Assembly (NCBI GenBank): GCA_977016875.1
Contig: CDRNST010000046.1
Coordinates: forward strand, 930,001 to 994,000
From: Pavona decussata
Lineage: Eukaryota
Reading direction: 5' to 3'
Length of the DNA: 64,000 bases
Shown: piece by piece, positions 1 through 13,225 of the stretch
Layout of the letters: every line of letters begins with the position of its first letter
Numbering within the stretch: position 1 is the stretch's first letter
Program-made: the position numbers and the translations under genes
Notes under the pieces: model-generated
What the model saw: the letters and a program-made list of their open reading frames with translations, nothing else
Database searches by the model: none
What the model was told of the DNA's origin: nothing

Positions 1-2699
1 ATGAATCGGTCTTTTATTAAAAGCATCCTAGCGTAAAGAGGCACAGCTAGTTATTTTAGAGAAAATCCTTGTTAATTGAAACAAGAAACAAACTTCTGGC
101 TTTGTTGTAGCAAGCAATGGCTAAAATGATCAAGACATTGTCGAAAAGTACTTATACCTGCACACATTCATCACGTAGCCGAAAGGTGTCAAACATCGCC
201 TTTCTGCCTCAATAAGCTGAATCACTCCAAAACGCTCTCTAGCGTCAAAAAAGAAATTTGATTTTAAGACCTGAATTGAAGCGAAGCTGATTTATGCAAA
301 TGTTTCGCGAGTTTTATTCACGAGAAGCGAAAATCGTCACGTCAGGTTTACAAACCCCAATTGAGACTTTGTTTCTGGTGCATCGGAAGGACTCCATTAT
401 TAAAAAAAAGTCGTGTTGTTCTTGTTTAAGGCCAGAGTGAATATAATTCATAGTTTCGACACCTTAAGGTTGTGTATAATTTACTCAGTTTAGTGTGTCC
501 ATTAAAATAAAGCTATTAAGCAGTACTAACTGAGCCGGATGTTGTTTGTTTTTGCAACATGGACATTAATTTTCTTTTTTTCAATTTTCACTTTGAACTT
601 GTCATCATGAACGTTAGGAGCGAGATGAAAAATGAACAAGTTTGGGGCACGTTATTCTCAACAATTGAAGGGCAGTGGTCACTGAACCTTAACATATTTT
701 CATTGCAAATCTGTAAACACTTGTTGAGTAATGTTTTGGTTTAGGGACTTGGCACAATTGTTGTATATTTTAAAATTGAACTTTGATACTTTTAAGAATA
801 ATCGTGGTAGATTCACTACTGAATCACGCACGTCTTTCGGTTGAACGTCATCTTTCCCACGCTATGAAATAAAGAATTTCACCATGGCTACTTAAAAAGG
901 TCGTATATAACGCCCGCAAACGCGTTATCTTTTTAATTGCATGCGATGGGTTGGTATGAAACTAAAGGGTACGTGAGTCTATTGTAGTTTCCATTGGTTA
1001 GTCGGAAATTAGCCTTGACTTAACGATTGCGATGATTTCCTGTTAGCCTAAGCGGAAGAAATACAGTTCCACGAATCTTCAGAACTATTCCGTGAATTCT
1101 CAATTATGATATAACTACTATTTCCTTGAATGGCGTCTATTTGACCTGGACCCATCTAGAAATAACTCAGCATTGCTAGTATGCACCTCCACGTTTAATT
1201 ACAAAGAAATAAATGCTATTAATAATGCGTTCCTTGCGATGTGCTGCAGGGCTTTCCGCGTGCTTGCCTCGCTTTTGAAAATTACCAAGCGTGTGGATTT
1301 TTGTTACGTTACAATTGATAAGACCTGCCAATGTTCCAAAGCCACTCTATGCTTTATTCATTGCTTATCAATAAAAATAACTAACCCGAATGAACTCTAT
1401 TTTTGTTACTCAATGTAGTGTAAAAGATGTCGTGAGGAAAGGAGGGTAACCAAAATAGACATGAACCGTACACGGATTGCTCCTCCTAATCATGCCACGC
1501 AAAATTGACAAAATCAAACAATTACCGCAAAATGATAATATTTTTGTGTCCTAAAACGGAAACCTCATAATCCTTCATAATCTTGAAAATGCTCGTAACT
1601 ATGTTTGAGGTATTTCAGTTAATATCCGACTAAGGCGAGAGTCATGTGAACTTGACTTCGGCTGATTAATTCATGCAAATCAGTGTTCTCTCTCTTCTCG
1701 CTAGTAAAACCCTTGCGGTATCTAACGCTTTCAATACTTAAAGTTCTTTTTTCCTTGTTTTAAGCTATTTGTTTCCATTTGCATCTCAAGTGGAAGACAG
1801 AAGATTTCAGACACATGGAACCTAGAAAGAGTTTATCGTCGGAGTTGTCAAAAGACCCGATAGCCAATGTGTCTTTTGTATGCACGCATCATTACATTTC
1901 AAGTGCTTAGGCGAAATAGTGTTTGACAAAGAAAGGCGCCATGCCACAAAGGAATGAGCCCTACTTATAATTAGCTTTCGCCTTAAAAGCTTAAAGTTAG
2001 AATTAAAACACGCAATATTACCTTTATACGAATCTTGATCGATTTGTTTTACTATGGTAAATTTCTGTTACAATTTGTAAGCCTTTCCATCGTTTCTAAA
2101 AGGCGGGGCGCCAACTTTGTCTTGGCCATAGCCAGGGAAAATTACCCAAGACGTATAACAACTCAACATTCCTTAGTTCCAACACCGATTTTGCTCCCGT
2201 ATTACAATGTAGTCTCCAAATGAAGCGAAAATATGAACTACATTTCAAACCTATGAAAATAAACGTTTTAGAAACCTTTCTTCCACTTTCAACTTAGACA
2301 CAAATGGTTTTAAGGTCTTTTAAGTTGATGATCGTCAAGATGATGATGATGGTGGTTTAGGAGGTGGTCTAGTTTTGAAGAATAAGTTATTGCCAGCAAA
2401 AAAAATTACTAAAATGGTAATAAAAAGTGCTCTACACAACAAAGGACACTTCTTTTATAATTCCAGTCTTGTTAAAAAGAACCCAGTTCTTTTCAAGTTG
2501 CATGACCCCAGCCCAATCACCTGTTGTAACCCTCAATTTTTCTGTCTGTTGATTTACAAATCTCTATTGCACATATATCATAGTTTCATCAGTTAGTTAG
2601 ACTTTGAAATCACAAAGCCAATTATCCTTTGTTTCTAAGCGGGTGATATTTGCCCGTTCTCTGTACCAATGTCAACTATTAAATCTTGAAATTTAGTTC

Positions 2700-3012
2700 A
2701 AAATTAACGGTTTGAGTCTATGGATGAAATACTAAACAGCAAACATTCAAATGAAAGCCAATGACCGATTCTCTCCTATGATCCTCGTTATCTGTTGTGC
2801 CGTTCAAGCTGGTCCTAAGTAAAAAGACTCACAGGGCATCCATAACTTCTTAAGTGTGTCCACTCAAATCAAAGCTGTTCAACTCTCCTGTGGTTCTCTT
2901 TGTTTTGTGGCTTATACAGCTTATGCTGGACATGATAATTAAAGCTTTGAAGTAGTAAATATAATTCTAAATTACAAATATTCACATGAAAGATACTAGG
3001 CAGTACTCTTCC
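2700..3012 (+). repeat. Degenerate 106-bp repeat units
   Basis: tttgagtctatggatgaaat...cattcaaatgaaagc and later cagtactctt. Heavily diverged. Confidence 0.65.
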
Positions 3013-3409
3013 TTGAGGGCTTTTCTATACCAAAAGTGTACTGAGAGGTGATTACGGGTTAAGTGAAGCAGTCTGCCATGACACCATTTAGGTTTACTAT
3101 GTGTCTAGGTGCTGGTTAATTCTGGGCAGGTGTCGCTAGTCAGCCCAGCAGGTGAACAGTCTGACTTGCAAGTAAATTGGCAGTGCGTAGAGCAGTCTGG
3201 AAGTAACCAGTTGGACATCTTGTTGTTTTCAACGGAACCAGGAGAGAAATAAGATAACTTTAGGCGTTTGCACACGGCGGCAAGGTACGTTTCTTGCGTA
3301 GCATTAGCCCTTTGCTACATTATCATTTTGCACCTATACCTATACTAGATCTACTCGACTGAATTTCCGTAACTTTGCTACGTTAACGAGCGTTCACTTG
3401 AATAATCAA

Positions 3410-3905
3410 ACTACAGGTTTGCACCCAGACTCAAACACTAGACCAGGCTTTTAGCGTAATAAATGCATCACCACAGGAAAGTAGTTGTCAATAGCTTTCA
3501 TTTGGATTGTCACACTTTTGGAGTTCATTCACAGACTCGAACAGGGAGAGCCACCTATTACAACATGATAAACATCACCAGATTTCAGTACCGAAAAAAC
3601 CGACCAACTGCACCACAAGAAAGTACTGCGCAGTAGCTTTCAATTTGAATGCTCACACTTAAAAAGTTATAGCCACCTTGTGCAGAATAACAGAAATCAC
3701 CACAGGAAAGTCCTACTCAACACATTTGATTTAAATGGTCACAATTTAGGATTCCATCTACAGACTCAAAAATTAGGCCATCTTGCACAAAAAAACAAGA
3801 CCTCCACAGGAAAAACTACTCAGTAGCCGAGCTTCCTTTGAGTGATCACAGTTTGGGGTTTTGTTCCATGGGCGAAAAAGTCACTATAGCACCTCTTGTG
3901 CAGTG
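3410..3905 (-). repeat. Degenerate 106-bp repeat array, reverse orientation
   Basis: Multiple caccacaggaaagta...gctttcatttg...cacact...cagactc motifs. Confidence 0.8.
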
Positions 3906-4969
3906 GTTTGATCAAGGGATTAAAGAAGCTGTAGTTAAGCTAAGGAAATTCCCAGTAATATTAATAGCATTCAGTCTACGTTGTCAAAACCTCTAAAGGA
4001 GTCATTACACCTATCAAGAAACAGATTTTCACCGGAACGCTTGCCATGGGTGTTATCTACTTCAGTAGTTCCTTAGAGAGGAGTCCGATTTACGCTAAGA
4101 ATGAAATGAAATTTATGAATTATCATACATAGCCTGAAGTTTTTTCAAGCTTCCTTTTCGCAATTGCGTAACTTGCGCACATAACTGCGATGGTCTTCAT
4201 TTTATCGAATTTCTGCAAAGATTGTTAGGACTGTAGATGATTTGCATGGATGCTGATGAATGAACGACTGATTGAATGATGACCCCGTTTTTAATCAAGA
4301 TGCATATCAGCCCGTGACGCAGCATCGTTTGATAACCCTGAATTTCACTCTGAAGAGCCCTGAGTACGCGCGAAATCAAAATAAAGGGAAAAAACCTTTA
4401 AAATTTCCTTTGCAAAGCAATGAACTGACTTTACCACAGGAAATGACTTTTGAACTGATAGCTTTCATGTAAAAGGTTACAATAATACGATTTCGTCCAC
4501 AGTCTCAAAACCACCTTGCGCAATCAGTAATAGAAGTCAAGGCTTGAATAACTTGCAAAACAAACTGAAGCTGATGTTGGAAAAGTCATCGGTATTTGTT
4601 ATCCTTATTTTGCTTTTTCTCGTAGAAAGGATATTATTTTCCTGTTATCTTTTTTGTCGTTTTGTCATTAAACAGGGAGGTTACAGCCGGAAGGCATGAG
4701 GAACAAAGCTGGGCATTTAACTTTCACATCGTGTCGTTTTTGTTTCTCAACATGCACGGTATCATCTTGGCTTGCAATACGCGGTTAATTGTGTTTAGTT
4801 TTTCTTCGCAAGACAAAATTGTTTGGATTTTAAAGTAAACATATTAGCCGTATATACAGTTAAAACTCTATTAATAACCACACCAAATCACTTGAACCTT
4901 GACTGCTAAGGGTATTTCGACTAAAAAAAATAATTGGTTCGGATTTATTAAACACCAAGAGACTAACAG

Positions 4970-5245
4970 ACTAGAAAGTACAACTTTCATTTGAATATCC
5001 AAACTTGACGATCTTATTTACATAATGAAAGGTTAAAACAAGGTACCTTGTAAGGCATTACCACAGCAAGGCTCTGCTCAATAGCTTTCATCAGAATGAT
5101 CACATGCACTTTTGCATTTCATTAAGAGACTCAGAAGTTGGAACCATCTTGTGAAGCATAATAAACAGCACCACAGGAAAGTACTGCTCCGTACGTAGCT
5201 TTCATTTGAATGGTTACACTTAAGGATTTCGTCCACAAACTCATA
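4970..5245 (-). repeat. Degenerate 106-bp repeat units
   Basis: ataaacagcaccacaggaaagtactgctc...gctttcatttgaatgg near 5160-5215 plus diverged copies. Confidence 0.8.
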
Positions 5246-5332
5246 AAGGTATTATGACAAAAACTCATCCTGTTTCTATAGTAACGATGTTTATCGAGAA
5301 ATGTAACAACGCTGCTTGTTGAGTTTATCTAT

Positions 5333-5444
5333 CAATTTCCAACTTATAAATCTATTTTTAATCCCCACTTTGCGATTATATAACAATCCAATTTCCAACT
5401 TATAACTCTATTTTTAATCTCCACTTTGCGATTATATAACAATC
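5333..5444. repeat. Tandem duplication, 2 x 56 bp
   Basis: caatttccaacttataa.tctatttttaatc.ccactttgcgattatataacaatc at 5333 and 5389. Confidence 0.92.
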
Positions 5445-7685
5445 CCGAGAGGACGCTGTTATAAAACCAATCTGGCGGTGTATTTTTGTACAAAGCCAAC
5501 ATGACTTGTTACATAATCACAATGAAAAAAAAAATTAACCGAGATAAACTTTAATACGATTCAAAATTTTCCCTGATAAATGGTAAAATGGTAACTGATT
5601 TGCGATTGACTTTAATTCCAAATGACTCATGCATGGCATCAGGCATCGTAATCATTAACACTAAAGCAGAATTACGTTATCACCTTTTCCCAATGACAAC
5701 AAGGTTGGAACGTGACTCACCAAGATAATTCCCAAAGTATCAAGGAAAAAACAAACAGTATACTGTTGACCGAGCCAAGGTCATTTCAAATGAAATGTTG
5801 TAGTGCGCTCGGTATGTCCTTGTTATCTGATTTTGATAAAAGAACACCGTGAGAAAAGGATATCTGAAGCTAATACTAGCTTAATTATTTAGTAAAGGCA
5901 ACTGAATCTCGGGATGCAGTTGTGATTTGTTGTCAATCGATAGAAATTGAAATATAATCGGAGGAAATTCGGTATTTGTCGTAAATATTCGGGATCCCCA
6001 GTGCTGTGCTGACGACCACGCGTTATTCTCCATTATACTTGATTTTTCTTTTTAAGAAAACTGTGAATCAATTTAACTCATCACTGGTTTGACAATAGAA
6101 CTGATTTCTTTCGATGTAATCTGCTAGGCTTTTTTGAGAATTTACTTTCTTAAATTCGGTACGACTTCAGACAAACACGCATTGGCCACCTTCGGGAATA
6201 TTCGGAACACTTTGAAAAAAAAATCGGAACCCTTCGGTTATTCCATTACGTTATTTGTTAACAATCTTCCGAATACGAAAAGTTGCTCAAAGAAACCTAT
6301 GACAACGTTCTGAAAGTTATACATACAGATTTAGAAGTGCATATGGTGGTTGACCGACAAAAAGCAAGTCACAGCAGTTTTCGGTTAACTTTACTTGATT
6401 CCTCCATCGACTGAGCCCTTTCGAAAACTTTGGTGATCAACAATAAATGGAAATGCCTCACTTGCGCGTAAGACGCTTCGTTTAAAGCAAGACGAACAAA
6501 AATCACCACCATTTTTCGGTTCCAGATACATGCTGTAGTCCAGAATTCGACGCTTTGCGCTTTAGTTTCATTATGGCCAGCGAAGCAAAGACAAAAGTTG
6601 TTGGTGAGAAAACTCAACTTCATTTCTTGTTATCAGAGTTTCTGACACAACGTAACGGAGCACATAATCATTTTAGGGCTAGTCTCATAGAGTTTATTGA
6701 GTAAAGTGAATTGAAAATGATGCTATCCTTTTAAGTTTAACATGCAGTATGTTTCAGGCAAACCCCCAACCCCTCCCTTCTCAAACCTCGATCATAACAA
6801 ATTTCAAAGTAACTGCATACATCAAAATATATCACCTTTGGTGGCTAAACAAACAATACTTTATATCACAAAATATATTCTGTGAAATAAAACAATGACA
6901 AACACTTACTTTCTCGTTTTGTGAAGACGTCCCAAGCACACCAAGCCGTCGCGATGAACTACTTAATATACGTCTTGGCGGTACTTCGTCCACATGAATT
7001 CGATCCCTCCGGTAGTCCAATCTTTTCTGACCCTCGTTTGAAGTCTGCCAGTCAAGAACCTCTTGATACTTCTATAATCGTGGAAACTGGAAATATAGAT
7101 TTTAAGGTTTCTTTAGATCTAGAGTCGCTGCTTTCTTCTTTGAGAGGCTTAATTCTTTCCCTTCAAGAGATTTCTCAGAGATGAAGAAAACTTTGTCATA
7201 GACTGAAAACAATGGCGTTCTCACGCCCACGCACAAAACAATTGTTTGTGCATTACAATTATTTGTTCAGTATTTGCTGTCCGGCTGTGAATGTAGCCAA
7301 CTCGAGATGCACAACATCTTTCATAAATCTCTAATATTGTCTACGAAACTATTTCAGGAAACAAAATACAAAAGAAATTAATATGTACTACAAAATGTTT
7401 TGCTGAAATGTTCGTTCATTTTTCTCGGAATCGTTCAATAGATCAATGTTTCTTGAGACTTGTGTCTTGGACAAAAAGTATCATGATTGTTAAAGATGTA
7501 TCAAGCAAACCAAAGGTAATACACACGGCTGGTTTCTGTAGCAAGAAGCAACTTGGTCTATCACTACTCCACCCAAGAATGGTCAGAGTTTAAGCATGGC
7601 GGGCCACCCAAGAATTTCCGATGTTTGGTCTAGCTAATAGTGCTCCTTTTACCCATTTATAAACTTGGGGAAGGGGAGATTGAAA

Positions 7686-7975
7686 GGGGCTAGGGTATTA
7701 TCTTATATAATCTATATAGGTATGAGCGGCGCCAAAGGGTATGGTCCTAAGTCTTTGGAGTCTGAAATATGGTAAAGATTTTGACCATTTAGTTTTAAAT
7801 AGAGTATGCTTTACTTACTAGTCTATATATGTTGGTACTTTGACCTAAAAGTGGGGGTTAGGGATTGCGGGATAAGGTCTGAAGCAGGCTATGATAAATC
7901 ATACATTCTGGATAGAGGTGGGATAGGGATTTTCAAGCCTTGAGAAGCACACTACATTTCACCTTTCACAGCTCT
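7686..7975. mobile_element. Degenerate MITE-like interspersed repeat
   Basis: ctatataggtatgagcggcgccaaagggtatgg...gtctgaaatatggt..gattttgaccattt resembles a common coral repeat (recognition only). Confidence 0.5.
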
Positions 7976-8710
7976 GGTGACCTACATAGCGCTTCTTTCT
8001 GTTTTATCGTCAAGGTACCCACACTAATATCGCCTTCCCGGCCTTTCCTAACCTCCTCCTCTATCACTGAGACGTCAACTCGTTGCTACGAATGCTATGG
8101 GAAGTTATGGATACATGTCGAAAGCTTGGTGTTAATTAATTAAGCTAAACATCAACAAACGAATCCTAGGAGAAGCTATTTTTGACCCACTTTAATACCA
8201 AAAAGGAGCGACATATTGGTACTGACTGTTGACCTAAGATCAAAGCTACGACGTGTCCGCCGGCTTATCAAACACGAATTATTTGAGATATGGCAATAAT
8301 TTTAAAGGATATTTGAATCGATGTGAAGATTAGTTCTGAAATAAAACCAAACTTATGTTGATGCCAAAATATCCTTTACATTTTCCGGCTACAATATTGA
8401 TGTACCAAAGTAATTGTAATTGTTTAAAGTGTTGGAATTCTTTTCTCAATTGCAGTACTTCCTTCGCTGAAAAGCAATATAGCTTAAAGCGATATCGTTT
8501 GTTGTTGTTCTTGCAAGCAAACATATTTAATTTTGTCATATTTCGTCAAGCAAAGAATCTGACTTTTGACTTCAATAGCGGCTCTAGCTTCAACTTAGAT
8601 CCTGCATAATAAACTTTCCTATTATTAAAGAAGGGTTCAGTAATTTTTCAACCGAGCCTGTAGGCTCAATTTATGCGTCTCAGTTTAAGTGAAATGTAAT
8701 TAAATCACCA

Positions 8711-9029
8711 TAGAAACAAGAAAAAATCTTAGTAAAACGGCCCACGCAAACAACACGTAATACACTAAATACTTTGAAATGTGAAAGGCTTGAAAGTCCA
8801 ACAGGCTGCAGATTCAATTGTTTACTCTTGAAATTGAATTGATGCGACCGATTAATTTAGGCCTTAGAAACAAGACAATCTCAGTAAAACAGCCAACGCA
8901 AACAACACGCAATACACTTCACTTTGAAAGGTGAATGACTTAAAAGTCCAACAGACTGCAGATTCGATTGTTTACTCTTGAACTTCAATTGATGCGACTA
9001 AAGTGATGCGACCGATTAATTTAGGCCTT
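8711..9029. repeat. Diverged tandem duplication, 2 x about 155 bp
   Basis: tagaaacaag...cgcaaacaacacg...aaagtccaacag.ctgcagattc.attgtttactcttgaa...gatgcgaccgattaatttaggcctt occurs twice. Confidence 0.9.
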
Positions 9030-9039
9030 TGGCGCAAAA

Positions 9040-12000
9040 CACCAAAATAAAACATGAATTAAAGAAGTCTTACAATATATCTTTTCCCGCCAAAGAAATG
9101 CCATTTTCCCAGTGTTACATCATACACCATGTCTCGAGTTACATCACAGAGAGCAGAAGAGAACGACAACATACTAATATCGACTTGGTAGAGAATAACA
9201 GCACAATGGACTCGACAATAGAAGAACTCAGTGGGTTTGGTAGATGTAGAACATCACCTGCTCGGCAGTCTTCTAAAAGGAGCGGTCTGGAGAACTAAGG
9301 CAAGTGTGACGTGCGCTCATATCGGCACTGGATCAGTTTGCTATTTTAGCGTTATAAAATGTTCTTTCGTATTAACGAACGCGTCAGAGGGGGCGACCTG
9401 CACCGTTTGCAGCGTCTTACATGGTTGGTCGAGAGAACAAAAGAACGAACAACAGCACAATGCTCCCAGCCCTAAAAAACCATGCACTGCAGGTTATCAG
9501 GGTCCAGTGAAAATAGAGATTTTGAAAGGTGCAGGTCTTCTGCTTCAGAGACGTACGGCTTGCACGAATTCAGACTACAGAACATGTTTATGTATCCTTG
9601 GACACTATTACGTTTATTGACCGCGAACTGCACTGGTATGCCTGTAAGGTTAACTCGACAAACCTCACCTGAAAAACGCCAACAGGGATAATAAATTCGA
9701 CTGCTTGGTCTGCTTGGGTTCGAAAATGATTTCATCACCATCATGGCATTCTTCCTCTCTGGAGACGGTCTGCCAAGCACGATTTAGCCGGTAAGCGAGT
9801 AAGTATGATAGTACACCGGTTGGATTGAAATCAAGTGGTTGACACTGTAGCCTTTTGCAGAGCTGTTTACCTTCCTCCGGGATCAAAAGAAAGATTTCTG
9901 ACATTTGCGGCTGATCCGAAAGGCTGGCACATACCTCCTCTACATGTTTGCATGCCATACAACTTATTCAAAACCAGCGACCCAAGCTCAATCAGTTTGA
10001 GGCTATTAAAGCCTGAGACAAAAAAGAGTCATTGGAGGGACTTTTACACCCATTTGGTCTAATTCTGATTAGAAAATTGGAAATCATTTTTAGATCAAGG
10101 CTTGCAGTTCATGATAATATAAGGGTCACTAATTGTTAAAATGAATACTATGATTGTACACTGAAACACTAGTAGCTCCCTTAGCTCGTTTTCAGACCCT
10201 TCTAGGTTAAACAGTAAGGACCTCGCAACGAGTCTGATAAACTTAAATTAAATTTCTATAATCAATTATCCATGTTTACGTTTGAAAATGAGTTGAATCG
10301 TTTCAGAATTGAAAGCTTTGGATAGTTCAACAAACCTTTTATTTACAACGGAAGAAAATGTCTTTTAATTAATTTCCTCGAAATCAAACTGCCTTAAATT
10401 ATTTGGTTTTACTGGAGTACAAAGATATTAACGGCTGACATTTGAGGCACAGAAAGTTTGCAAATGATACCGTTTAGAAAACATATTTAATATATCAAAA
10501 CTAATTTAATTAGCAAAAGAACAATAAAAACGAAACGTGGTTATCTCAGAAATTATCAATAGTACAAAAAACGCATTTCTGAGTTTTTATCCTTACACAA
10601 GATGTCAAAGATTTGTAAATTCCAGGCATAAAACACGATGAAGTAAAAAGAAATATCTGTTTTTAGTGCTTGTCTTTTTAAAAATATGAGAAATAATTTC
10701 ATTAACCTATTGTTTATTTTCCTCATTTATGACGAAAATAATTTCATCTGATGATGTTACGTTGTAATATTATTATTTTCTTGTTATCCATTATGGGTTT
10801 TCTTTCTCCAGTAAACTATCTTTTTTTACTATAAAAGAATGACCAGAGTAAGTTAATGAAACCGCTTTTAAATTAAGCCCGTAAATATTGTTTAACAGCA
10901 GATTATATTTCCTTAGTTCCTTCAGTTTAACAAACTAGGAACTAACTTGTCAGTCACATTCATTTTGTTAATCTTTTTTCTTTTAGCTTTCTTAAACAGT
11001 ATAATTTGAATAAAACATGACCATTTTGATACAATAACCAAGGCTATTATTATATTGAATTACAGAAAATTCTTCACTAATCTTATAATTTTCGTGAAAA
11101 CAGAAATATTGAGATGAATTGTAGTTAAGCCTGAAAACCACAAGTTTCTTATGTTAATATGATGAATCATTTTTTACATTGTGCTTTCATTTATTGTTCA
11201 ATCAGTAATTGTTGCAAGCCTCATTTATTCCAAATTCAACCTGCAGAAATTTGTACAACGCAAAACCTGATCGTCTTCGTGCTGTTTTCAATCTGCGAGG
11301 AAATTACTGAAACCCGAACAACTGTTTGTTTTTAAACAATAACAAATAGGTTGTTTTTCATAATTTTATTCGTCTTCCTCTTTTACGATATTGTCATTTG
11401 TTCAGTTGATGCGTCTTCTGGCAAGAAAAAACACGGCAATCAGAATTCTCATTTACAAAGGTTGTTCAATCAGTAATTGTTGCAAGCCTCATTTATTCCA
11501 AATTCAACCTGCAGAAATTTGTACAACGCAAAACCTGATCGTCTTCGTGCTGTTTTCAATCTGCGAGGAAATTACTGAAACCCGAACAACTGTTTGTTTT
11601 TAAACAATAACAAATAGGTTGTTTTTCATAATTTTATTCGTCTTCCTCTTTTACGATATTGTCATTTGTTCGGTTGATGCGTCTTCTGGCAGGAAAAAAC
11701 ACAGCAATCAGAATTCTCATTTACAAAGCGCTTTTTATTTACTCTTGTAATAGGATAAAAGTGTTACAAAACCGATTTAGGAAATTTTGATGATATTTCT
11801 TAATTTAAATTTTTGCGCTTTCTTTTACTTTTCAAGTTTCTCAGTAAGGCAATATCCAGTAATTAAAACGTGTGTTACCGCCAGTTAAGCTAATAACGGA
11901 TAAACAAAACAATAATTTTGTAAAATGAAAACAGTTTCACTGGCACACAACATTTCACATATTTTGTGAAACCTTTATTCCTCACTCTGAAAACAGAAGC

Positions 12001-13225
12001 TTGGTTTTAGGAAATCGATTCTGAAAACGTTGCTTGTGATTTTATTCGTGCATTTTTCATTTCTTAACCCTTTTTAAGTTTGGATTTAAGGTGACATTTA
12101 ACAATAGAAGTTTTGTGGTTCATAAGACAAATTATTTAATTTCTTGCAAATTAGTCTTTTCTTTACTGCTTTCATGATAAGCGGTTTAGAGGTATTAGCC
12201 AATTTTTCCTCAGTTTCATACAGATTTCTTTTACCAAACGTTAGAACCAGGCCGCTAATTTTCTGATTCATCTGTTAATCATAGGCCTTATTTAATATAG
12301 CATAAATGTCCACTTGTTAGCTTCCGTTGTGAAACAGAATTATTTATTCACGAATTACTTGATAATTTCAATGCAATTAGTTAAAAGGGGTACGCTTTAA
12401 ACCAAAGAAAGCAGTTTAACACAACAGGCTTGAAGAGGACGCAGATATAGCGCGATTCACAGTAAGTCATCTCATATTTCAATTGAAAATTCATATTTTA
12501 GTTCAGAAAATTGATTTTTAAAAAGCAACTGCTCCCTATGCAGGTTTGAGATTAACAGGTAGTGAATCCAGTTTTTCTGTTTTAAGCTTTGTACCAGGAA
12601 ATATAGCATTAACTCGCTACGTCCTCAAAAGGTTCATTCACCATTACAGGCCATCATTAAGTCAGGCCTTTTGAAAAAGAGGGTGCATAATTTTCTGTTT
12701 TATATAGTGGACCTGATTTGGGAAACTACTTTTAAAAGAAAACCAAAACGAAACAAACACGGGGAAATTAAAACATGCTGGTCGGAATACAGTGAAGTAA
12801 CAACAATGCGAACGGTTCTTTGTTATTTTACATATAATTTTAGGTTATACTCTCTAAATTGCCAGTTTATAAAATTCAATGTGGTTAATTATACACAGAT
12901 GATAACGGTACTGTTTCCATAGAATTTCTAGTAAATATGCAAAGATTATAATTTTAGGACTCACCAAGAGAATGAAGAATGGCGGCTATTTCTGACGATG
13001 TCCGTGTTCATTTCCAAGTTTTGTGTGAGAGGTTGCTTGTCTTCAACGTATGATTTCGAGTCCTTTATGTACAACTCTTCAAAATATGATACGTTTTGCC
13101 ATTGATCTATGCGCGAAGAGCTATTCTCAGTGTGGATTTTCCGACAATCATAGAGATCGGCAAAGACTGAGGTCACTGTCTGTTGACTGATTAACCTGAT
13201 TCCGGATAGATTAACTTTTTTCAGT
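9040..13225 (-). pseudogene. Possible decayed multi-exon gene (LRR-like fragments, possible TM segment), or a spliced non-coding transcript
   Basis: Strong donor tcttg|gtgagt at 12965 and acceptor ttttttgtctcag| at 10012; GC-elevated 9.2-10.0 kb block; peptide fragments LKKVNLSGIRLI and GFNSLKLIELGS; hydrophobic WFFRAGSIVLLFVLLFSR. All frames are interrupted by stops or frameshifts. Confidence 0.3.
11194..11728. repeat. Recent tandem duplication, 2 x 267 bp (period 268)
   Basis: 11194-11460 and 11462-11728 differ at only 3 positions that I could find; one extra G at the junction (11461). Confidence 0.95.
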
